The position numbers and the translations under genes were made by a program. Under the pieces are notes generated by a model, which was not told the origin of the DNA, made no database searches, and worked only from the letters and a program-made list of their open reading frames with translations. Below, one piece after another: positions 40,975 to 54,340 of a stretch of 64,000 bases of DNA; the first letter of the stretch is position 1, and each line of letters begins with the position of its first letter. The stretch is from assembly GCA_964016885.1 (NCBI GenBank), contig OZ024741.1, positions 298,778,001 through 298,842,000 on the forward strand, read 5' to 3'. The DNA comes from Eledone cirrhosa. Its lineage: Eukaryota.

Positions 40975-41175
40975 GAATTGGGAGGGCGTCGAATAAAATG
41001 CCATTGCGGTATCTGTTCTGACACTTAATATTCGTTTACGTTCTGAGTTCAAATCCCACCAAGGTCAACTTCGCCATTCATCTTTCCGGGATCGATAAAG
41101 TAAAGTACTGTGGTTAATTTAATCAACTTTCCTTTCCCCCAAATTTGTTGACCTTGTGCTTAAATTAGAAACCAA
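40975..41175 (+). mobile_element. SINE family A, degenerate
   Basis: TTCTGAGTTCAAATCCCACCAAGGTCAACTTCGCCATTCATC...ATCGATAAAGTAAAGTAC. Confidence 0.7.
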
Positions 41176-41889
41176 ATTTAAAGTTGCCCGGAATCGGTAG
41201 AACGTCGGATCAAATAGCTTATCAAATAGCTTATCGTGTTATCGATCCCCACTATGACTAAGTTTGTCTTTCATCTACGTTAGATAAAATGAAGTATTAG
41301 TCAGGGAATAGAGGATAGCTTAGTCGATTGTTGCAACTCCACTTACATTAAAGCCTTTAGGTTTTTGTTCTTCTAGCCAAGCCATGTATAGCAGCTGCTA
41401 CCAATGTTTATTTTTATTGATCTATCAATGCTGTGTATTATTTTTCCTACTAATAACCTTTATGTTGAAAACGGAAGAATCTCTATGTGAGCATTCAACT
41501 TGCTAGAAGTAGGAAGCACATCGTCCCTAAATCACACCACACCAACTTAGAATAGGATACATTATAGAAAGGAAGATAGCAGGATGGTTACTGCTGGAAT
41601 CTCTTTGATCATCTTCTGCTTTTTCAGAGTGGACCTTGGATAAAAAACAACAACAACAGCCTATCTGATCCGCCGACTTTCTCTTTCCCCAGTCTCATGT
41701 TGAGAACAATCAATATTAATAATATATTATGACAGATTCAATGGAATAAACTCCTACCATTGAAAGTCCGGTCCTTTTATACTTTACCTATGTAAGAAGT
41801 TTATATTCTATTTTATGTTGTAGAGAGTGTTACTCTACAACGTGGTTATTATTCAATGACAAATAAATAAAATAGGATTGAAAAGAAAT

Positions 41890-42110
41890 GGAACCTGCGA
41901 TGCTCCAGCATAGTCGCAGTCCAATGAGTAAAATCAGTAAAAGAGGAATAAAAAAAGTGAAGGGTGCGATGCCTCAGCTTGGTCACAGTCAATTGAGTGA
42001 AACCAGTAAAATTCAAATAAAACGTAGTGCAAGGAGCAATGCACCATCTTGGTTGCAATGACAGTCCAATGAGTGAAATTAGTAAAAGATAAGTGAAAGG
42101 TGTGATGGCG
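41890..42110. repeat. About 3 diverged ~70-bp tandem units
   Basis: GAAGGTGCGATGC..CAGC.TGG..CAGTCCAATGAGTGAAA.CAGTAAAA recurs at about 41891, 41958, 42029 and partially at 42094. Confidence 0.7.
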
Positions 42111-42829
42111 TAGAGCAAATGTAAAATTTTAACGAAGAGGATGTTCTATCGATGGCGCCTCTTTGTTCTCCTTCGACCTATTTGAAATAACACCCAAATC
42201 ACACTCAAACTACAACTTACTCTCGGGTCTCAAATAACAGGGGTGGCGTTGGTCGCAGTTGAATAAGCTGGGGTGGGGGTGTATGTGGAAAATCAGTAGT
42301 TATTCTAGGTTGTCTCTCTTGATATGTTTTTAAAATCCAGAATATGTCGTTTAGTTTACATATTGAGACCCAAACCATCCTATTTATTTTATAACATATG
42401 GGATTTCTAGTAATGTAATTCTTTTGTCATGTATAAAGTTTTTAATGTATAAATACATTTATTAACACCTAAATGCTACAACTTAAAATAGAATTTCGCC
42501 GGAAATAGATTCGGAAAATTTAATAAGTTGTGGTGGGGGTGGTGGAAAACATCTAAAATATTAATAAGGGAGGAGAGGGAGATTATTCGAGACCCGAGAG
42601 TATGTATTCTTATGTTCATAATTTCTGTTCTTCTCAAAACTATCAGGATGGTAATGCTGGAAACGTGAATGATCACCTGTCTTTTCCATCACGGTTGACA
42701 TGGGGTCAAATATCACTACCAACAACGACAGCACGACCATCATCGTTTACATACAGGGTATCCAGCATAACATTAATTTTTCGATCTCTCTTCTAAGATA
42801 ATGGTATATAATTCAAGGGAGACGCGGTT

Positions 42830-43285
42830 GTTATTTATAGTCGAGTTGAAGGCCCTTATAGTGATTCCATCGTTTTGATCATGAAAGCTAATGGGAAGGT
42901 GAAAACTCAGTATTGACAACCACTTAAAATATAACCTTCTCACTCCCTTCTAGTAGACACTTTCGACATTGACACAACATGTTGCACAAGGTCACGGCGT
43001 GGATAAAATAATTTAAAGACATAAACGTCTTGATGTAAATGGAATAACAGGTGAGGAAGATTTGACTCCAAAAGCATAGATCTTGAAGTGATTCGAAACC
43101 ACGATCGCCGTCGAGACCTTAGGTGTCCTCGCACCCCGGACAGCCGAGCTCTTTCGTAAATCCGGGACGTCAGCTGCCCGTTTGAGGAAGGAGGCAAACG
43201 AGGTGCAGCAGCTGTTGTAGCAGGCGTCTCTGGCTATTGTCCGCGGAAATGCCTTTGTAGTTTTGTATCCAGGGCGCAGCTGAAA
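42830..43285 (+). pseudogene. CRE-like non-LTR endonuclease C-terminal remnant
   Basis: IAVETLGVLAPRTAELFRKSG...EVQQLL*QASLAIVRGNAFVVL, followed by a pyrimidine-rich UTR. Confidence 0.7.
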
Positions 43286-44004
43286 CACCTCCCCGAGCTA
43301 GGCGTAGAATTTGCCACTCTACTTTCCTTCCCCTTCTCTCTCTTCTGTTGCCCAATAGTTCTTGCTCTGTCCCTCCTTTTCTTTTCATTTATGGCATTTA
43401 TATTCATACTTTCACTTTCCTATACATTCAGATCTACCCTTCTTTATACCTTCTCCCTTTTTTCATTACTTAATTTTGTTTTTATAAATATAGTAATTTA
43501 TTGAATTTCAATAAATTACTATAAACAAAATAAAAAATAAATTAAATTACCACTCCGAACAACTAAATATCATGTGCCATTTTAAACGACGTTTTTACTA
43601 ATTATATCAATTCACAACTTTTAGACGAATAAATATTAAAACGCTTGCATCCAGGTATATCTTTTATTCTGATTCTATATACCTGCTTGCGCAGACAGTT
43701 GTTAAAATCTACTGATTTCTGATATCATTTTGTTGTTGTCATCGTCGTTGCTGTTGTTGTTATTGTTATTTTAGTAGTGGTCGTAATAATAGTTGTTGAT
43801 GTTGTTTCTATGTTTATACACGTTCACAGAAATCACTGATATCATTTTTAATTTCCCAAAAGGACATTTACTATCTAAAAGCGCAAAGTAATCTATGAAA
43901 AACAAAAAATAAAACAAAAAACAAAAAAAAAAAAATAACAACAAACAAACAAAAAGCAATCGAATCCATTAACTCGCTTGTTCTAATATAAACACTCACT
44001 CATC

Positions 44005-44135
<131 letters not shown>

Positions 44136-44293
44136 GTATATATATGCACATACACATACCACACACACAAACACACACATATATGTATATATATATGCAC
44201 ACACACACATACCACGCACACATATATGTATATATATAATTTCTCTTGACTACGAAGAAAAGTTAGGTAAATGCTGTCTGTCTGTTCTTCATT

Positions 44294-44325
<32 letters not shown>

Positions 44326-44326
<1 letters not shown>

Positions 44327-44605
44327 CAAAGGAATTGTGGTAAGGAACCAGATGGACCATAACGCACCAGAGTACTCAATACTTAGTGTAGTAGAGGGGT
44401 AACTAGGAAAAAGTATGACCCCGACCCCAGAGCTCAAGCCGTTTCGACGGTTATTTCTGGACACTAGTCCAGAAATAGCTGTCGAAACGGCTTGAGCTCT
44501 GCCGTCGGGGTCATACTTTTCCGTTTCGACGGCTATTTCTGGACACTAGTCCAGAAATAGCCGTCGAAACGGCTTGAGCTCTGCCGTCGGAGTCATACTT
44601 TTTCC
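44326..44605. mobile_element. Short palindromic PLE-end element in (TA)n (copy 2; palindrome duplicated)
   Basis: Same family as 40028-40314, with two fold-back centres GGACACTAGTCC at about 44459 and 44541. Confidence 0.75.
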
Positions 44606-44823
44606 TATATATATATATATATATACATATACATCTATGTTCTTTATTTTTCTCATGACAAGCTGAAGAAATTCGGGCCCAGAATCCAAGAAATTATTTA
44701 GCCTGATAGTTCTTAACCCCACTATCAGGCTAAATAATTTCTTTAATTTCTTTAGTCAAAATACGGCGATAGCTTACATTTCTAGTAATTTCAACCCACT
44801 CGCTGTTTCGAAAATATTCTTAC

Positions 44824-44880
<57 letters not shown>

Positions 44881-45456
44881 GTTTAAATGCCAACACAAGA
44901 GCAACAATGATCAGGTTGTTCTACTCACATGGCTTAAGAGGATGTTTGCATAATTGCAAACGAATTGAATATTATTATTAATATTCGAAAAACTCATATT
45001 TACATCTAAATATAGGGTATTTGTATGCGTTACCCCCTTTTGATCAGAAACTAAAAATTGAACACGCTTGAAACCATATAATATTATTCGCCATTTCACC
45101 GTGGATTAAATAATAAAATCTACTACACAACACCAGCGGCCTCTATCTAAAAGTAAGAACATGAATAAAACTTGGAACTCCTTTTTAAAATCTCTGTCGC
45201 AATACAGTTGGCTCAAATTTTCTTTAAATCCTTTCAAAAACATTTCCCTATAAACAAAAGATATCACATTTTTAATGAAAAAAAAAAAAAGAAAAAAACA
45301 CCCCATAGAATTTTGACTGTAAATTAGTCTATTATAACATTACAAAATGTAGCAGACATAAGACCTCTTAGCAACAGCACAATAACCCCTGCAACTGCTA
45401 CGACACCAATGGCGGCCCTTCGCAATCTAAAGGTACCAATGTCTAATCACTACTAA

Positions 45457-45931
45457 TCTATACATCTAAAACAGAGAATGTCTATCTCTCTGTCTATATG
45501 ACTCCCTGAAACTCGAGAACCACTCGATCGGTTGTTTTCAAACTTTACACATGTAATACTTATGGTCCTGTGAGTGTTTTGAGCAAAGAAAATGTCCAAT
45601 TTTCAATACCTTACGGACCCCATTAGGAGATTTAGCGATTTCTCTCTATATAATTCTTAGTTTTTCTTTTTAGATAGATACATAGATATAACATTGCGCC
45701 CTTATAATATCTGTCTGTATGTCTGCATTACGACATTATGACGGTGTGTGTGTATATATGTATATATAGTGTGTGTATATAAATATATATATAGTGCGTA
45801 ACGGTTTTCGAAATATTTACTTCTGCGTTCACAGATTGATTTTATTAGTTTCAGAAGATCCCATTAACATTCTTTGCTTAAACTTTAATCTGTTATTTTA
45901 ATATATATATATATATATGTACACGAATATA

Positions 45932-45969
<38 letters not shown>

Positions 45970-46225
45970 TATATTCGTGTACAGATATTTCTGCATACAC
46001 AATAACAAAATATAAACAAAAGTATTTATTTCGCGTTAAAGTATTGATTTTCTTCGCACGGAAAAAAACCTGGTAACCTACGACGTATTCTTTTTATAAG
46101 CACAAAATGTAGACACCATCACGGGGCCGAGGTATTCCGTACTTCTCTGTACTGTTTCAGAAAGAAGGGAAAAACATGCCAATCTATGTTTAGAATCCCG
46201 AGCAAATGCCGGCCCATTCTGCTAG
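45457..46225 (+). mobile_element. Non-autonomous Helitron
   Basis: A|TCTATACATCTAAAACAGAGAATG 5' end; 3' CCCGAGCAAATGCCGG hairpin remnant then CTAG|T; no TSD. Confidence 0.7.
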
Positions 46226-46424
46226 TAATATCCATAACGTATATATATGTATGACATCAATGCCATTCAAGTAAACATTGTATTTCCCTGTGAATTCCTT
46301 TAAAACCTTAATAGAAGCAAGTAAACTATATTAGCTTCCTATATTTAGGCATTAAAAGAAAAAAAAATCAATATCATATCGACTCAAATGGAATTTAATT
46401 TCTAAAGCAATATCGTATAATAAT

Positions 46425-46640
46425 AATTATGTTTTCTGATGTACTCACAAGGTCAACAATTTGTGGGGCAGGGAAAGTCGAATAAATCGACCCCAGTGCG
46501 TTACTAGTTGGTACTTTATTTTATCGACCCTGTAAGTATGAAAGGCAAAGCTAACCTCGGCGGGATCTGAGCTCAGAGCGTAAAGGGCCGTACCTCTATG
46601 TCACAAAACATGTAGTCCGACGCTCTACCGATACAGCCAA
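46425..46640 (-). mobile_element. SINE family A
   Basis: Near full-length match. Confidence 0.8.
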
Positions 46641-47261
46641 GGGTAATAATAACATATAGAACCATTGCTCTAAAGAGTGGTTCTTTTTACTAAAACCTAA
46701 TTATTAAATTGCCGATTAGAAAAAAATCCCGAATTACACCTACAGGAAATTTAAAACACACATTTTACCAAGCGTCCATCTGCCCACACAGTTAAAAATA
46801 GCTTTTATTGCTGGAACTGAGATTATATTCATGACTGCGTGTGTCCTATCATCATCACCTCCATCACTACCACCACCAACAGCTTCCACCACCAAAACCA
46901 CCAACGACCCCCCCCCCCCCCCAACAACGCCACCAGCGTTCCCACCATTGGCATAAACTCTTGATGATCACTTGCACTTGATTGGGGACTGGTCCAACTC
47001 ACGATTGGGGACTGGTACAATCATCTTCTATATATCTTCCTCTCTTTATATTTCTATCCAAAATAATTTCTCCTTCTCTTCTTCTTTCTCTTTTTCTTTT
47101 TCCTATTTCTTCTTCTTCTTTCTCATTCCTTTCCTTTCTTTCTTTACTGTATTTATCTCCCTTTCTTACTCCTTTTCTCTCTTTATCTTTATTATTAATA
47201 TTATTATTGATAATGTAATTTAAATTTGAAAAATTTGCCGCTTACATATACATTTTTTTAA

Positions 47262-47372
47262 CAGCTTCTGATGATCTAGTAGAGTTAACATCGTATTTAA
47301 AATTGAGTGGTCAGTGTTTTTAGTTTTCAGCAATTTGTAGACAACTCTATCAGTGAAACAATTGTTATACTG
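47262..47372 (+). ncRNA. Hammerhead ribozyme motif (canonical core)
   Basis: CTGATGA at 47268-47274; stem II TAGAGTT/AACTCTA around an insert; GAAAC-AATT-GTT. Confidence 0.65.
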
Positions 47373-48538
47373 CAAATAAATCCCCTTTTTAGGAAGAAGA
47401 GAAGAAGAGAAAAGAATAGAGGGACAAATAGATGAATAAACGTTAATGCATGAATAAATGTAAATAAAATGAAAATAGATATATAAAAAATATATGAAAA
47501 AATGGTGAAAATATGATAATGTTAAATATATTTATGTGTGTATTTGTTGTTTTAATAAATTAATTAATTAGTTTTAAGTTATATTATATGATAAAATAAA
47601 TGACAGAGATGAAATAAATTTCTGGAGAAAAATATTAAGAGTGAAAAATAGAGATATATAAAATAAGAATGTAAATATAAGAGGTTTTGATGTTGTTCTT
47701 TGATAGATGATGAAAAATTATAATTATAATTATAATTATAATTATAATGATGATGATGTTGATAATGTGATATTATAATAGATCCAAGTAGTGTAATCTG
47801 GGTTATGGAATAGATAAGATGGAATTAAGCTGGTCTAAAGTTCTGAAATTTAGTCGATGATTTATGTCGACAAAAAAATGTTTTATTTCAATTTTACTGT
47901 TAAGAAGAATTTTTTAAATTTAAAATTTGGAAAAGTTGCATATTACAGAGACGACAGTGGGATATACCAATTTGATAGGCCTTTACTTATGATAGCTTTG
48001 TCCAGCTGATTATATATTCCATGTTTGCATCTTTAAGTTGCCTGATTTTTTAAATCATATAATATAACTTAAAACTAATTAATTAATTTATTTATTAAAA
48101 CAACAAATACACACATAAATATATTTAACATTATCATATTTGCACCATTTTTTCATATAATTTTATATATCTATTTTTATTTTATTTACATTTATTCATG
48201 CATTAACGTTTATTCATCTATTTGTCCCTCTATTCTTTTCTCTTCTTCTCTCTATCCGACGTTATTCTTGCTTATGTCTGTCTCGCATCTATATACCATG
48301 ATCTTTTATATATCTTCCTCTCTTTATATTTCTATCTATAATAATTTCTCCTTTTCTTCTTCTTTCTCTTTTTCTTTTTCCTTTTCCTTCGTCTTCTTTC
48401 TCCTTCCCTTCCTTTCTTTCTTTACTGTATCTATCTCCCTTTCTTACTCCTTTTCTCTCTATATCTTTATTATTAATATTATTATTGATGATGTAATTTG
48501 AATTTGTAAATTTGCCGGTTACATATATATTTTTTTAA

Positions 48539-48648
48539 CAGTTTCTTATGATCTAGTAGAGTTAACATCGTATTTAAAATTGAATGGCACTGTTTTTAGT
48601 GTTCAGCAATTTTTAGACAACTCTATCAGTGAAACAATTGTTAGACTG
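48539..48648 (+). ncRNA. Hammerhead ribozyme motif (mutated core CTTATGA)
   Basis: Stem I CAGTTT/AGACTG; paralogous to 47262-47372. Confidence 0.55.
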
Positions 48649-48911
48649 CAAATAAATCCCCTTTTTTGTACTGTTGATCATGTTATTCTCCACTTTTTCA
48701 ATTTTATTATTCCAAGATAAACTTACATAGTGAAATCATAAACTCGTCATCTACGTAAACCTCTTGTTGAGTCGAACAATGCCGTACGCTAAAACTATCC
48801 ATAATAAGAAGTATTCACAACCTCTAATTGGATTACCTATAACGATATCTTGTTATCCTTTATACAAAGCCCCCATTAGGTTGAGCAATCAATTTAACGC
48901 ACGGCACTAAC

Positions 48912-51285
48912 ATGGAAAAACACTATATAGGAATGTCCTTAAAAACATACCTATACCTACAAATAAAGAATATATGCTTGGTATGATACGAAGAACTAAT
49001 GACTTTATCCTATCCGTAGAATCAGATGAAAAGCATATCATTACGATAAAAGACATTATAATAATGATAGAAATAATGGGTCTACCAGTGAAAAAATCCA
49101 CCAAGCAATCCACATCTTGATGCCTTTGAACATGATAAAAGAAATTAAATTAAAAAAACGAACACATCATAACAAACTGCAAAATAACATCAATGCACTA
49201 CAAAAAGAATTACGTAGCACCAATGGTATTATAGTGAAGGCAGACAAAACATCAAATGTATATGCCATGAGCCTTAATACATCCAACAATTTTATACGCA
49301 GTGAATTACATAAAAAATACAAGAAAACTACAGAGTCTACACTCAATAGCATTAACAAAGAAGGTCTTAAAATAGTAAAAAAAACTTAAAATATCCGATA
49401 GAACAGAACCTGTAACCCCGTGTACACCCACTTTTAATCTGAAGGATCATAAAGTTAACTTCGAAACTAACCCTACTATTAGATTAATATGTCCAGCAAA
49501 ATCAGATATTGGCAGAATTAGCAAGTTTATACTAGATAGAATAATACCACAAATTAAAGAATAGTCAAGCTCCGAGGTAACACAAATGAAGAAATAGATT
49601 AGTTTAATAAATTAGACAATAGAGAATCTTCTGACTTTATACAATTTGACATAAATGACTACTACTCTTCTATTTCCCCAGTTACCCTAAATAAGGCACT
49701 ATCCTTTGCACAAAAAAACTGTGACCTTTCACCAGACGAAATTAAAATAATACTAGCTGCTAGAAGAACAATAATTAAATTCGACAATATTTACTGGGAG
49801 CGAAAAATAGACAGAAAAACTTCGATATAACTATGGGATCAAATGATTCAGCCCAAATCACAGATATTGTTGTAATTTATATATCATATTTCTTACATAG
49901 AGAATTTGATAACCTACAAGGAGGAATCTATAGAGACGATACACTACTTTTAGCTAAAAACTTAAACAATCAAAACTTAGAAAGATTAAGGAAAAAGATT
50001 AGAACATTCTTTAATAATTTAGGCCTTAACATCACTTTTGAACCCAACTCTAAAAAATCTAATTTCTTAGATGTATCGCTCAACCTTAACTTAGGATTAA
50101 TAGAACCCTTCCATAAAAATAATGAAAATTTAGCTTACATTGATTATAACTCTAATCACCCTCGATCCATAATTAACTCCATAGCACATAGTATATCCCT
50201 TAGAATATGGCGCCTATCTTCTAACATAGAAATTCTTAATGAACACGCTAACTACTACAACATAGCTTTACTTAAGGCAGGCCATAAAGAGAGACTCAAA
50301 TACATACCAGATACAAAAAATAACAACGCACTTAATATTAATAGCACCATCCACACCTATAGAAAAAACAAACCTAGGACTAAACATAAAAATTGGCAAC
50401 AAGCACGTAAATTAAAGGAACGAAATACTAATACAAAGACCGCTAATAACTAATGAAGACGCAGAAATAGAAACTACTTATGGTTCAATCCAATGTTTAA
50501 CTCCTCTATAAAAACTAAGCTACATTACACTTTCTTCAAATTAGTTGACAAACATTTCCCTAAAGTTCATAAATATCATAAAATCTTTAATAGAAAAACT
50601 ATCAAACTATCATACTCCACTGCCAACAACATAGAATTGCACATACATAAAATTAACTACAAAAGAATTTATAATACAAGTGGCCCACAAATAAGTACCA
50701 TAACACCTAATACAAAACAGAAGCATATAACATAATCACAACCAAACACACACACCAGAACACATCACCACAATATATCAACAAACTCAATTCTCAGCCC
50801 ATACATAGCAACCTACAAAACCATATAGAAGAACCAGCGCATAGAAAAACATCTAATTGTAACTGCCATCTACCTGACAAATGCCCTTTACAAAACAGAT
50901 GCTTAGAGACAAATTTAGTATACCTATGTACTATAAATTCAGGTAGCTTAGCATGGCATTACATTGGTTCCACAGCTGGGGAGTTTAAGAAAAGGTGGTA
51001 GTACATAGACACTTTATGACTAACAGGAATCTCTCAAAGACAACGACTCTTGCCAATAGAATCTGGCAACTTAAAGATGCAAACATGGAATATATAATCA
51101 GCTGGATAAAGCTATCATAAGCAAAGGCCTATCAGATTGGTATGTCCCACTGTAGTCTCTGTAATATGGAACTTTTCCAATTGTTAAATTACAAAAAAAT
51201 TCTTCTTAACAGTAAAATTGAAAAAAAACATTTTTTGTCGACATAAATCAGCGACTAAATTTCAGAACTTTAGACCAGCTTATCT
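48912..51285 (+). pseudogene. PLE reverse transcriptase plus GIY-YIG endonuclease (frameshifted, with stops)
   Basis: SLK-IPIP, KADKT.N.Y, LKDHK.NF, RLI.PAKSDIGRISK, FIQFDI.DYY.SI, MGSNDSAQI, YRDD, NFLDV, SNHP, WFNP, CNC...CPL...C, YIGST, CSLC, CRH. Confidence 0.9.
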
Positions 51286-51931
51286 ATTCCATAACCCAGA
51301 TTATACCACTTGGATCTATTATAATATCACATTATCAACATCATCATCATTATAATTATAATTATAATTATAATTATAATTATAATTGTCATCATCAAAG
51401 AATAACATCAAAACCTGTTATATTTACATTCTTATTTTATATATCTCTATTTTTCACTCTTAATATATTTCTCTGTCATTTATTTTATCATATAATATAA
51501 CTTAAAACTAATTAATTTATTTATTTAACATTATCATATTTTCACCATTTTTTCATATATTTTTTATATATCTATTTTTATTTTATTTACATTTATTCAT
51601 GCATTAACCCATCTATTTGTCCCTCTATTCTTTTCTCTTCTTCTCTCTATCCTACGTTATTCTTACTTATGTCTGTCTCTCATCTATATACCATCATCTT
51701 CTATATATCTTCCTCTCTTTATATTTCTATCTATAATAATTTCTCCTTTTCTTCTTCTTTCTCTTTTTCTTTTTCCTTTTCCTTCGTCTTCTTTCTCCTT
51801 CCTTTCCTTTCTTTCGTTACTGTATCTATCTCCCTTTCTTACTCCTTTTCTGTCTATATCTTTATTATTAATTTTATTATTGATGATGTAATTTGAATTT
51901 GTAAATTTGCCAGTATATATATATTTTTTAA

Positions 51932-52045
51932 GAGTTTTGATGATCTAGTAGAGCTAACATCGTATTTAAAATTGAGTATCACTGTTTTTAGTGTTCAGAA
52001 ATTTTAAGACAACTCTATCCTATCAGTGAAACAATTGTTAGACTG
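51932..52045 (+). ncRNA. Hammerhead ribozyme motif (core TTGATGA)
   Basis: 3' pLTR copy; GAAAC-AATT-GTT-AGACTG. Confidence 0.55.
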
Positions 52046-52096
52046 CAAATAAATCCCCTTTTTTGTACTGTTGATCATGTTATTCTCCACTTTTTC

Positions 52097-52210
<114 letters not shown>

Positions 52211-52489
52211 GTATATAAATATATATATACATACATATTAGTATCATGAGCCGATGTATAAAGTACCATTCCAAGGGGCTTGGAGGAACAGAATTGTTAC
52301 ATCATTTGATATAATGCTTTGCCGTATCTGTTCTGCTATGTGCGTTCTGAGTTTAATTACTGCCCCCTGTTTCCGGAAGAGGCAGTGAGTCGTCTGACAC
52401 GAGTTGGAACGGCCAACTAGTATTAGCAATGAAAAGACCAATCGAAATCTAATTTCGTCGGATTTGACGATCGGCTTCTTACATTTATG

Positions 52490-52635
52490 TTAGGCTCTTA
52501 AAATTCTGAGTTCAAATCCCACCGAGATCAACTTTCTGGGGTCGATAAAATAAAGTACCATCCAAGTACTGGGATTGGTTTACTTAACTTTGCCATTCTT
52601 TCAAATTTTCTGGCCTTTTGTCTAAATTAGAAATC
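52490..52635 (+). mobile_element. SINE family A, partial
   Basis: TTCTGAGTTCAAATCCCACCGAG...GGGGTCGATAAAATAAAGTACC. Confidence 0.7.
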
Positions 52636-52743
52636 AGTATTTATTCATTTTCACTGTTCCCATAATTCCTAATGAAGTCGTAGAGGTGCATTTTCAGCGT
52701 GGCAGCACACACACCTCTCTAGGTTTGACCATAGTTGATTTCC

Positions 52744-52856
<113 letters not shown>

Positions 52857-53184
52857 TGGCGAGGCCACGCATCTCCACAAATCTTAAATGCCTATAAGAA
52901 ATTTAGTTTCAATTTTAAGTGAATGAACATTTGACACAATAATTAGAAATAATTTAATTGGGAGGAAGAATGACCAAGCAGAATGAATCACTAAAAAATC
53001 AAATTACGAAGGAGCCTAATGTTGTTAGATAGCTTGCTAGAAATACCGATTAAATCTCCCAAAAAAGCATCTTACGTCTTAGAAAAGAAAAAGTCTGATT
53101 CTTCACAACAATCTGTAAAGGTTTATTGGACAGATTAATCATAGATCCTGTCAGTCAGATATGACCTGGGGGTTAAACAATAGT

Positions 53185-53375
53185 AATAATTGTTTTTACT
53201 TTTGGTACAAGGCCAGCAATTACCCAGTACATTATTGGTACTTTATTTTATCGACCCCGTAAGGATGAAAGGCAAAGTTAACCTCGGCGGGATTTGAACT
53301 CAGAATGGAAAGGGCCGTAACTCTATGCGTCAAAGCATGACGTCCGACCCTCTACCGACACTGCCAATCCACCGT
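53185..53375 (-). mobile_element. SINE family A
   Basis: Full length; TSD TTAAACAATA(g/a)TAATAAT. Confidence 0.85.
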
Positions 53376-53392
53376 CTATTAAACAATAATAA

Positions 53393-53610
53393 TAATGGTT
53401 TCTAATTTAGTTAAATGCTAACCAGTTTGAGGAAGGGGAAAATCGATTATATCGACCTTAGTCCTTGACTGACATCTTATTTTATCAACTCCGGAAGGAC
53501 GGAAAGCAATGTTGACCTCGGCAGGGTTTGAAACCAGAACGTAGAAGGCCGTAACAAAATACCGCAATGCATTTCATCCGATGCTCTACTGTTTCTGACA
53601 ATCAATCGTC
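53393..53610 (-). mobile_element. SINE family A-related, older
   Basis: TTATTTTATCAACTCCGGAAGGACGGAAAGCAATGTTGACCTCGGCAGGGTTTGAA. Confidence 0.7.
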
Positions 53611-53711
53611 CTCTTAACATCAATAATAATGACAACTGCAAGATACATGTCATGCGAAGTGAGAAAAACCCTCTGAGGATCGGATAAAGACTTGAAAGTG
53701 TTGCCACAGAA

Positions 53712-53899
53712 AATAATTGTTTCTACTTTAGGCACAAGGCCAACAATTTCCCTGTGCATTACTGGTACTTTATTTTATCGACCCCGTAAGGATGAAAGGC
53801 AAAGTCAACCTCGGCGGGATTTGAACTCAGATCGTAAAGGGACGTAACTATGCTGGAAAGCATGGCGTCAGACCCTCTACCGATACTGCCAATCCACCG
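53712..53899 (-). mobile_element. SINE family A, young copy with perfect 18-bp TSD
   Basis: GTTGCCACAGAAAATAAT at 53700-53717 and 53899-53916. Confidence 0.9.
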
Positions 53900-54069
53900 T
53901 TGCCACAGAAAATAATGATGCTTTTCGAAGCATTGTGAAAGGACCTTTACTAAGCAGCTTTGCTGATCAGCCTTTCTAGTAGCTTAAAAAGTTCAAGGTG
54001 ACGGATGCCATAGAATACTTTTATATACAACACTGTACTCTACTGGACCTCCGAGTGGTCTAGTTGTTC

Positions 54070-54340
54070 GAAACAACATAACAGAGTCTGCTCGTGATAT
54101 TAACGAGTATTCCACAGACACGTGTACACTTTAACATTGTTCTGCGGCAGATTCAGTGCAACACAGTTTGTGATATGACTGGTTGTTTTGAGTTATAGTT
54201 ACAACTGATTTTTTGCTAGCTGTGTGGACTGGTGCAACGTGAATTAAAATGTCTTGCACAACTAGACAACGCGTCGCCAGGAATCGAACTTACAACCGTA
54301 CGATCGTGAGTTAAACATCTTAATCACTAAACCACACGAA
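54070..54340 (-). mobile_element. CORE-type SINE (family B), degenerate
   Basis: Homologous to 25790-26068 (CACAGACACGTG...GGAATCGAACT...ACCACACG). Confidence 0.65.
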
